DNA from: Minisyncoccota bacterium
GTDB taxonomy: Bacteria > Patescibacteriota > Minisyncoccia > Minisyncoccales > JAGOPM01
NCBI GenBank assembly: GCA_041651395.1
Contig: JBAZJI010000001.1
Span: 763,920 to 827,919 of the forward strand
Direction: 5' to 3'
Length of the DNA: 64,000 nucleotides
In this document: positions 55,884-62,904 of the stretch, one piece after another
How the letters are laid out: the number at the start of each line of letters is the position of its first letter
Position numbering within the stretch: position 1 is the first letter of the stretch
Position numbers and translations under genes: made by a program
The notes under the pieces: model-generated
Seen by the model: the letters and a program-made list of their open reading frames with translations, nothing else
Databases searched by the model: none
What the model was told of the DNA's origin: nothing

Positions 55884-57313
55884 ACCAACAAATTTACGCC
55901 AGAGGTTCGACTATTTTACAAACAATGTTTGTTTTGTTTATCGCCATATTATTAATAGTCGGTTTTACAAGCTTTGCTACCTATAGCGTCCGGGCGGCAC
56001 GCTATCAAGAAAAACGTGAGCTGGCGCTGCAATTAGCTGAATCGGGCGTAAATTATTACCGCTGGCACCTCGCCCATGCTACAACTGATTACCAAGATGG
56101 CACGACAAGCACCGGCCCTTATATCCATCAAGTCAAAGATAAAAATGGCAATCTCTTGGGGACATTTTCATTGGAGATTAGCCCGGCAGCCACTGGTTCC
56201 AGCATTGTCAACGTTCAATCAACCGGCCAACCAACCAATGAAAGCCTAATTAAAAGAAAAGTTAAGGCGGTTTTGGCCATCCCTTCCTTTTCGCAATACG
56301 CAGTGGCGGCCAATGCCAATTTACGCTTCGGTTCAGGTACGGAAACTTATGGCCCCATACACTCCAACGGCGGAATACGATTTGACGCCGTTGCGCATGG
56401 GATAATCACTTCAGCAGTTGCCTCTTATAATGATCCTGATCACTTCGGAGGGAATGAATTTGGCGTACATACCCACACCTCGCCGATTGATCCACTGCCA
56501 CCTAATAACGTGCCCAACCGCTCGGATGTTTTTATGGCCGGAAGAAAATTTCCTGTGCCGATTTTGGATTTTCCCGGCCTAACTGGAGATTTGGGTAATC
56601 TTAAAACAATTGCCAATTCCACTAGTGGAAAATATTTTGCCCATAGCGGAAGCCTTGGATATCATATCGTCCTTAAAAATAATGGGACCTATGATATCTA
56701 CAAAGTTAACCGGTTGGAAAATGCCTCGGGTGGCTGCAGTAATGAATTAGGACAAGATGGTTGGGGCACTTGGAGCATCAAAAGTACTAACGGCGAAGAA
56801 TACATCAATAATTATGCTTATCCTTCTAATGGGATAATTTTTGTCGAGGATAACCTTTGGATTGACGGCCAGGTTAATAATAATCGACTTACGATTGCGG
56901 CTGCCCGATTCCCCGATACTACCTCTACGCGCACCAGCATCACCATTAATCAAAACCTTACTTACACCTATTATGACGGGCGCGATGTTGTCGGGCTTAT
57001 TGCTCAAAAAAATGTTAATGTTGGGCTGTTTAGCAATAATGATCTGAAGATTGATGCTGCGGCTATTGCCCAATATGGCCGCGTGGGGCGTTATTATTAT
57101 GGCAGCGGCTGCGGGCAACATAATAAAAACCGGCTAGAACTCGTCGGCATGATTGGAACCTTTGAGCGCTATGGATTTGCCTACACCGATGGCACTGGCT
57201 ATAAATATCGTGACCTTTATTATGACTCCAACCTAATGTATGCCCCTCCCCCCCATTTTCCTTTGGCGGCTGACCACTATCAAATTATCTCCTGGGAAGA
57301 ACTCACTAATTAA
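55880..57313 (+). CDS. PilX-like pilus assembly protein (large minor pilin)
   Basis: RGSTILQTMFVLFIAILLIVGF hydrophobic N-terminus in the PilX_N style. 477 aa. ATGA overlap with the upstream pilin gene. Confidence 0.65.
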   Translation: MNQQIYARGSTILQTMFVLFIAILLIVGFTSFATYSVRAARYQEKRELALQLAESGVNYYRWHLAHATTDYQDGTTSTGPYIHQVKDKNGNLLGTFSLEISPAATGSSIVNVQSTGQPTNESLIKRKVKAVLAIPSFSQYAVAANANLRFGSGTETYGPIHSNGGIRFDAVAHGIITSAVASYNDPDHFGGNEFGVHTHTSPIDPLPPNNVPNRSDVFMAGRKFPVPILDFPGLTGDLGNLKTIANSTSGKYFAHSGSLGYHIVLKNNGTYDIYKVNRLENASGGCSNELGQDGWGTWSIKSTNGEEYINNYAYPSNGIIFVEDNLWIDGQVNNNRLTIAAARFPDTTSTRTSITINQNLTYTYYDGRDVVGLIAQKNVNVGLFSNNDLKIDAAAIAQYGRVGRYYYGSGCGQHNKNRLELVGMIGTFERYGFAYTDGTGYKYRDLYYDSNLMYAPPPHFPLAADHYQIISWEELTN

Positions 57314-57317
57314 AGAC

Positions 57318-57360
57318 AGGAAATAAAAAAGGAGTAAAAATTACTCCTTTTTTATTTCCT
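57318..57360. terminator. 20-bp perfect hairpin, bidirectional terminator
   Basis: AGGAAATAAAAAAGGAGTAA AAA TTACTCCTTTTTTATTTCCT, between the pilX-like stop and tRNA-Ala. Confidence 0.85.
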
Positions 57361-57367
57361 CAAACTG

Positions 57368-57440
57368 TGGACCCAACCGGACTTGAACCGGTCGCCTCAT
57401 CCATGCCATGGATGCGCTCTACCAGATGAGCTATGGGCCC
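57368..57440 (-). tRNA. tRNA-Ala (anticodon GGC)
   Basis: Reverse complement: GGGCCCA..CATCC ATGGCAT GGATG..TGGGTCC A. The G3:U70 identity pair is present. Confidence 0.9.
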
Positions 57441-57467
57441 AAAATCATCCTAAACAAGGCTCTGGTG

Positions 57468-57539
57468 TGCCCTCAGAGGGAATCGAACCCCCATCTTTTC
57501 CTTAGGACGGAATTGCTCTATCCATTGAGCTATGAGGGC
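57468..57539 (-). tRNA. tRNA-Arg (anticodon CCU)
   Basis: Reverse complement: GCCCTCA TA GCTC AATGGATA GAGC A ATTCC GTCCTAA GGAAA .. GGGGG TTCGATT CCCTC TGAGGGC A. The anticodon stem has one A-A mismatch. Confidence 0.75.
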
Positions 57540-57611
57540 TTATTTTTGCCTCTCCTCTGACAAAAAGAGAATAGCATTTTTGGACAAAAATGACAAGTGT
57601 GTTATTTTTCT

Positions 57612-57641
57612 TTGCCTTACTCAAACAAAGCATGCTACAAT
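57612..57641 (+). promoter_or_regulatory. candidate sigma-70 promoter of the htrA-like gene
   Basis: TTGCCT, 18 nt, TACAAT, ending 13 nt before the ATG at 57654. Confidence 0.4.
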
Positions 57642-57653
57642 ATATAAGGAAAC

Positions 57654-58682
57654 ATGACTCGTAAAACACCAATAACCCAAATAGCGAAAAAAGTGTGCCC
57701 AGGAGCCATTACTATTGTGGCTACCAAAGATCTCCCCTCTTTAGAGGAGTTCTACGCTTTAGCTTTTGAAGGGAAAAGCATTAGCTTGCCTAAGGCCAGC
57801 AATGAAAAGAAAGAACCGACGAAAGTTGGAGGCGGATCAGGTTTTATTGTTTCTGCCGATGGCTTCGTAATTACCTGCAACCACGTCGTGCAAGATCCGG
57901 AATGCGAATATACGGTAGTCATTAGCCCAGAGAAAAAATATAAAGCAGAAGTTTTGGCTCGCGATCCTTTGGTTGATTTAGCTATTCTTAAAATTGACGG
58001 AAGAGATTTGCCAGTAGTACCCATGGGTGATTCTGACACCATCGAATTAGGGGAAAATGTTTTAGCTGTAGGTAATAGTTTAGGAGAATTCGATGATACG
58101 ATATCTATGGGTATTGTTTCCGGCCTCTCCCGTCGCATTACAGCTTACGCTGGAATACACGCCGGAGCAGCTAATTTAGGTGGCCTTATCCAGACCGATG
58201 CCGCCATTAATCCCGGAAACTCCGGAGGCTGTTTGGTAAATATGGAGGGAGAAGCTATCGGCATTAATACGGCGGTTGTTATGGGGGCCCAAAACATCGG
58301 TTTTGCTATTCCGATTAATTTGGCCAAAAATATGATTGTCGAGGTTAAAAAATTCGGCAAAATCAAAAGACCATATCTTGGCTTGCGCTATTTTGTCCTT
58401 AACGAAACAATCGCTAAACAAAATAATTTGCCAGTCAACAATGGCGCCATTATTGTGCGTGAAAGGCTAGGCGAACCGGCCGTTGCTCCCTTTTCCCCTG
58501 CCGATAAAGCCGGCTTAAAGGAATTCGATATCATTACCGAATGCGATGGGGAGAAGATTACTGAACAAAACACGCTTGGTGACGTTTTACAGCGCCACGA
58601 AATACACGATGAAATAATTTTTACCCTTATCCGCAGCAATAAGGAAATAAAAATAAATATTAAGCTGGAAGAAAAAATTTGA
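57654..58682 (+). CDS. HtrA/DegP-family serine protease (trypsin-like domain plus PDZ)
   Basis: Catalytic blocks TCNHV, DLAILK and GNSGGCLVN, with a C-terminal PDZ-like region. Confidence 0.9.
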   Translation: MTRKTPITQIAKKVCPGAITIVATKDLPSLEEFYALAFEGKSISLPKASNEKKEPTKVGGGSGFIVSADGFVITCNHVVQDPECEYTVVISPEKKYKAEVLARDPLVDLAILKIDGRDLPVVPMGDSDTIELGENVLAVGNSLGEFDDTISMGIVSGLSRRITAYAGIHAGAANLGGLIQTDAAINPGNSGGCLVNMEGEAIGINTAVVMGAQNIGFAIPINLAKNMIVEVKKFGKIKRPYLGLRYFVLNETIAKQNNLPVNNGAIIVRERLGEPAVAPFSPADKAGLKEFDIITECDGEKITEQNTLGDVLQRHEIHDEIIFTLIRSNKEIKINIKLEEKI

Positions 58683-58696
58683 ATCCCATTAGATAT

Positions 58697-58720
58697 AAAA
58701 ACACGCCTAAGCGTGTTTTT
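58697..58720 (+). terminator. terminator after the htrA-like gene
   Basis: AAAAACACGC CTAA GCGTGTTTTT. Confidence 0.8.
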
Positions 58721-58723
58721 ATA

Positions 58724-58744
58724 TTGGGGTAGCTAACGGGAATC
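58724..58744 (-). repeat. degenerate direct duplicate of the tRNA-His 3' end
   Basis: TTGGGGTAGCTAACGGGAATC compared with TTGGGGTGGCTAACGGGATTC at 58891-58911 (19/21 match). Period 167 nt. Confidence 0.85.
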
Positions 58745-58864
58745 TCACGTCGTCCGCCAGACGGCGGACTCTTTCAAAACCCCCGGTTTTGAATAATTTC
58801 CAATACGGGGAGGATGAGGATGTCATCCTCCCCAACCCCCTCCTTTTCAAATCCCGTTGGTAAC

Positions 58865-58888
58865 AAAAAACCTCCTCAGGGAGGTTTT
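58865..58888 (-). terminator. terminator after tRNA-His
   Basis: CCTCC TCAG GGAGG flanked by A6 and T4 tracts. Confidence 0.75.
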
Positions 58889-58891
58889 CTT

Positions 58892-58966
58892 TGGGGTGGC
58901 TAACGGGATTCGAACCCGTGCTAAGAGCTCCACAAACTCTTGTGCTGCCGCTACACCATAGCCACC
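58892..58966 (-). tRNA. tRNA-His (anticodon GUG) with encoded G-1 and CCA
   Basis: Reverse complement: G-GTGGCTA..AGAGT TTGTGGA GCTCT..ACGGG TTCGAAT CCCGT TAGCCAC C CCA. G-1 pairs with C73. Confidence 0.9.
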
Positions 58967-58988
58967 ATAAATATTCTAATTTCCCCTG

Positions 58989-59060
58989 TGTCCTCGGCAG
59001 GAATCGAACCTGCATCACCAGCTTAGAAGGCTAGAGTTCTATCCATTGAACTACGAGGAC
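58989..59060 (-). tRNA. tRNA-Arg (anticodon UCU)
   Basis: Reverse complement: GTCCTCG TA GTTC AATGGATA GAAC T CTAGC CTTCTAA GCTGG .. GCAGG TTCGATT CCTGC CGAGGAC A. Confidence 0.9.
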
Positions 59061-59137
59061 TAGATAAGAGATTGAACCCGCCTCCGGGATTTCAAATACT
59101 CAAATATTATACTCAAAATCACAATAATATCAAGCCA

Positions 59138-59530
59138 TTACTGGAGCAAAGGCTTATTTTCTTTAGTGCTGCTGGCCGGTTTGGCAGAGGAATCTTTGCC
59201 TTTAATGACCTCACTTGAAGTGGGAGCACTTTCCTTTTTTGTCTCCAAAAAGAAAGGATTGGGCAACTCCGGAGTGGAGGTAGAAAGATATTTCTCGTTC
59301 CTTGCCACTTCCTGTTTTTGCAGGTCCTCCAACACTTCTTTATTAATTTTTACCTGCGAAAAATTACCGCCGTTTGAGCTATTGATATCGAGAAAAATAG
59401 AACGGTACCAAAGGCAAATCGAAAATAACAAGAATATGATAAAAAACAATTTTATCCAAAATATTCTTTCGCGCATTACTCGAAAAATAGGGGCAAAAAA
59501 ATTCTTGAGGTTGCTAAATCCTATCTTCAT
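59138..59530 (-). CDS. membrane-anchored hypothetical protein at the PilP position of the pilMNO operon
   Basis: 130 aa with one TM and a Ser/Lys-rich tail. Function inferred from position only. Confidence 0.4.
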   Translation of the reverse strand: MKIGFSNLKNFFAPIFRVMRERIFWIKLFFIIFLLFSICLWYRSIFLDINSSNGGNFSQVKINKEVLEDLQKQEVARNEKYLSTSTPELPNPFFLETKKESAPTSSEVIKGKDSSAKPASSTKENKPLLQ

Positions 59531-59531
59531 A

Positions 59532-60029
59532 TTATTTAGTCATAACCGCTAATTTGAAATTAAGGCTCATTTGGTCGTTTGAAGCATTGTATTGTGCCGA
59601 CAAATCAGAAACTTCTATCAGCCAAGGGGCATTTTCCAAATGATAGACAAAATGCAAACAATTTTGCCAAGGCCCGATACAGCTCATGGCTAAGACCAAA
59701 GGACCCGTCGGAGGAGAGGCAACGGAATGCCTGACATCAACACTGTTGTTTACTTCCTCATCGTTGATAAATTTTAGGAAATTTCGCGGATCGCGCGAGT
59801 CGACAAATTGGTTGCCGATGGTCGCAAAATCGGTTTTATATTTTTTGAGCTCCAAATCTTTTTCTTTTAACGAAATTTCCTTATTTTTGAGCTGCGCTAC
59901 TTCCCCCTTAACCGATTTAATCTCTTTATGTATGGCAGACACTTTTACTATCCCCCAAAATGCCAAACCGATTAAGGCAAACAATAATAAACCAGAAAAT
60001 ATTAATTTAAGCGGAGCGCCTTTGGACAT
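59532..60029 (-). CDS. pilO: PilO-like type IV pilus assembly protein
   Basis: N-terminal TM plus a coiled coil (KSVKGEVAQLKNKEISLKEKDLELKK), then a small alpha/beta domain. Operon position after pilN. Confidence 0.6.
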   Translation of the reverse strand: MSKGAPLKLIFSGLLLFALIGLAFWGIVKVSAIHKEIKSVKGEVAQLKNKEISLKEKDLELKKYKTDFATIGNQFVDSRDPRNFLKFINDEEVNNSVDVRHSVASPPTGPLVLAMSCIGPWQNCLHFVYHLENAPWLIEVSDLSAQYNASNDQMSLNFKLAVMTK

Positions 60030-60040
60030 ATCTGTAACTA

Positions 60041-60595
60041 TTATAATTTTTTATATTCAAAAGAAATCTCAAAATTTATATCCTGATCCTGCAAAAAAAG
60101 CGTATCGGGAATAACCAATTTGCTTATCTCCTTGTCCCCTTCCAATTTGCCGCGGAAATCAAAGAGCGAAGAATTGTCTTCAGCTAAACCGGCTAATTTT
60201 ATTTGGTACGATAAACCGTCTTTATTTTTTTTGGCGGTAATATTGGAAATTTTTATTCCGCTGACCAAATTGTCAGAAATTTTTCTTAGTATCCCCACTT
60301 GACTGGTCATTCCCTGCTTGAATTTAGCAACTGCCAAGGCCTGATCATTAAGCTCTTTAATTTGCGCGTCCAATTTAACTACCTCCTCGCCCTGCCGATA
60401 ACCCTGTAGAGTAGCTTTTTGAAAATTCAATTCCGCCCAAAGGAAAGAATAAATCAAGCCAAGGCCGACTAAAAAACAAATAAGAAGCAAAAGAAAATAC
60501 CCCTCCACTCCGAAGATGAGGCGCTGTTGGGCCTGCTGTTTCAATTCTTTTTTGAATTTTTCCGGGATTAAATTAATCATATTTTTCTTTCTCAA
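60041..60595 (-). CDS. pilN: PilN-like type IV pilus assembly protein
   Basis: MINLIPEKFKK N-terminal motif (an alternative start at 60580), TM, coiled coil. Confidence 0.65.
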   Translation of the reverse strand: MRKKNMINLIPEKFKKELKQQAQQRLIFGVEGYFLLLLICFLVGLGLIYSFLWAELNFQKATLQGYRQGEEVVKLDAQIKELNDQALAVAKFKQGMTSQVGILRKISDNLVSGIKISNITAKKNKDGLSYQIKLAGLAEDNSSLFDFRGKLEGDKEISKLVIPDTLFLQDQDINFEISFEYKKL

Positions 60596-61664
60596 TATTT
60601 AATCCTCTCATAGCTAGCCCCAAGACAGTCGCTAAGCCTACTGATTGTGCATAATCAATTGTCGGTATTTGCCGATGTTTTTCGGAGATAATATTAACCC
60701 AAGGATTCCCGATCCCAACCGGAATGCAAAGCCGGCCGGAGATAAATGCCTCAATGCCTCGCAAGATTGCCCCTTCTCCGCATAAAATTGCCCGCATTTT
60801 TTCGCTCTCCTCGAGACAATTCTCAGCCTTTCCGTAATAAAAATCCGTATACTTTTTTACCTGCCGGGCTAAATTTTCAATAATTGGCTCAATCGCAGAA
60901 GCCACTTTTTTAGCCTCTTCATTTTCCCTCAAGAGACCATACTTGTTCTTTAGCTCGAGGGCCTTTTTCAAATCGACCCCCAGTTCCGTTTGGATGGCTT
61001 TTTGCATTTTTAGCATTGATTCGGCTATTGTGCCGCCAAATCTCAAATTACCATCGTGGAAAATCGAAAAATTTGTGCGGGTATTGCCGATATCTATTAT
61101 TAAAATTGTCTCCTGAGGGGCCAAAGAAGGAACCAAGGCCCGGGCCGCAGCTTGATTTTCTGTTTCCATAATTACGGGCATCAAACCCGCCCCTTCAATT
61201 ACTGAAGCATAGTCGTCGACAATATTGCGAGGCGTTGCCACAATAAGAGCCTCAGTGAACCTCCCCTGAAGGTCTTGAAAAATTTCACAATCGATATAAA
61301 CATCCCTTAAAGGCATGGGGATATGATTTTCCGCCTCAAATATTGCCGCCTTTTTGGCGGCCGCTGAATCCATTTTTGGCAGCTTAATTATCCTTAAAAA
61401 TGTCTCCTCCTCGGGCAAAGCCACGGCTACATATTTACTCCGAAGCTTATCACCATTTAAGCTAGCACATAAATTTTTTATAGCGACCGTCAGATCAGCT
61501 TGCCGCTTAATCTCCCCGTCGGAAATTATTCCAGGAATAATATCAACCTTACCCCAAGTAGCCAAATACAGGGCATTGCCCCTTCTGGCCAATTTAGCCA
61601 GCTTGATGGAATCCTCAGAAATATCCAGCCCGAAAGCTTCATTTTGTCCGAAAATATTAGCCAT
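60573..61664 (-). CDS. pilM: type IV pilus assembly protein PilM (actin-like ATPase fold)
   Basis: 363 aa with FGLDISEDSIKLAKL and IDIGNTRTNF phosphate-binding motifs. Confidence 0.85.
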   Translation of the reverse strand: MANIFGQNEAFGLDISEDSIKLAKLARRGNALYLATWGKVDIIPGIISDGEIKRQADLTVAIKNLCASLNGDKLRSKYVAVALPEEETFLRIIKLPKMDSAAAKKAAIFEAENHIPMPLRDVYIDCEIFQDLQGRFTEALIVATPRNIVDDYASVIEGAGLMPVIMETENQAAARALVPSLAPQETILIIDIGNTRTNFSIFHDGNLRFGGTIAESMLKMQKAIQTELGVDLKKALELKNKYGLLRENEEAKKVASAIEPIIENLARQVKKYTDFYYGKAENCLEESEKMRAILCGEGAILRGIEAFISGRLCIPVGIGNPWVNIISEKHRQIPTIDYAQSVGLATVLGLAMRGLNIEKEKYD

Positions 61665-61668
61665 ATTA

Positions 61669-62904
61669 TTATAAGTTTCCTAATGTCGAATAAATTGGCG
61701 AGAACAGCGCCGAGGCAAAAAAACCGACCGCAATAGCCACCACAATCATCAAAAGCGGCTCAATTATGGTAGTTAAACTATCCGCCGCCCGAGAAACCTC
61801 TTCTTCGTAAAATTCCGACAATTTACGCAAAATATCGCTGGTCATACCGGTCTCCTCCCCTATGCCGATCATTTGGACAACCGACAAAGTATATAAATTT
61901 TTATATGGCTGAAGTGCCTCTGATAACTTTTTGCCCTTTTGAATTTTTTCAATCGCCTCACCAAGGGACTTGGCATAATAATAATTAGTCGTAGCGCTAG
62001 ATAAAATTTGTAACGACTGCACTACAGGAACCCCCGATTGCATTAAAACGCTAAAATTACCGATAATACTAGCAATATTGCTCTTGCGCACCAAGGTACC
62101 GATTACCGGCAATTTGATGGAAAGATTATCAAAGAATCTCTTGCCCGGTTTTGTTCTTGCAAATGATGTAATGGCAAAGATAATCAAGGCTATTACCCCG
62201 AGGAACACGGCTACATTTATCGGCTGCTTAAAATAATCTCCGATGGCCACCAAAGCTTGGGTAGTTACCGGGAGATCTTTTAACTCTACACCCATATCTA
62301 CAAACATTTTTAATAAATTAGGCACGACAAAAATCATCAAACCAATACCCATAATGAGCATCACACTGACAATAACGCTAGGATAAGTCATTGCGCCCTT
62401 AATCTTGGAGGTAATCCTATATTCCTTTTCCATCTGATAAGCCAAATCTTTCAACACCCTATCCAAGCCTCCGGTCTTCTCTCCGATAGAAACCATTCCG
62501 CAAAAGAAATCAGAAAAAACTTTAGGGTACTTCCTAGCTGTTTCAGAAAAACTTTTGCCCTTTATAATTTCATCCTTAACGCTATAAATTATTTTTTGTA
62601 ATTGGGTATTTTCGGTTTGGGCGGCAATTATTTCTAAAGCTTGAGGCAAGCTAATACCCGCCGCAACCATAATCTGCAAATTTCTGACAAACATCAGCTT
62701 ATCAACAAAACCAATTCCTCCAAAAGTAGGTATTTTAATTTCCACATTCAGGCCACCCCTCTTCTTGGTGGCAATTTCTGAACTGACCATTACTAATCCT
62801 TCTTGCTTTAGAATTCTGGCCAAATCATATTCATCAGCCGCCTCCCTATTTCCAGAAACATCCTGACCAACTTTATCTATTGCTCGATATACATATTGTG
62901 TCAT
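61669..62904 (-). CDS. pilC: type IV pilus platform protein PilC (GspF/T2SSF family)
   Basis: 411 aa with two T2SSF repeats, 3 TM, and the conserved ...GEETG..D..L..L motif present twice. Confidence 0.9.
   Translation of the reverse strand: MTQYVYRAIDKVGQDVSGNREAADEYDLARILKQEGLVMVSSEIATKKRGGLNVEIKIPTFGGIGFVDKLMFVRNLQIMVAAGISLPQALEIIAAQTENTQLQKIIYSVKDEIIKGKSFSETARKYPKVFSDFFCGMVSIGEKTGGLDRVLKDLAYQMEKEYRITSKIKGAMTYPSVIVSVMLIMGIGLMIFVVPNLLKMFVDMGVELKDLPVTTQALVAIGDYFKQPINVAVFLGVIALIIFAITSFARTKPGKRFFDNLSIKLPVIGTLVRKSNIASIIGNFSVLMQSGVPVVQSLQILSSATTNYYYAKSLGEAIEKIQKGKKLSEALQPYKNLYTLSVVQMIGIGEETGMTSDILRKLSEFYEEEVSRAADSLTTIIEPLLMIVVAIAVGFFASALFSPIYSTLGNL

Noticed and set aside
58719-59018. A 99-aa minus-strand ORF.
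   Set aside because: It spans the tRNA-His module, tRNA-His and part of tRNA-Arg(UCU), so it is an artefact of GC-rich structured DNA. The same reasoning applies to the ORFs at 27092-27277, 34505-34801 and 44508-44723, which overlap tRNA genes.
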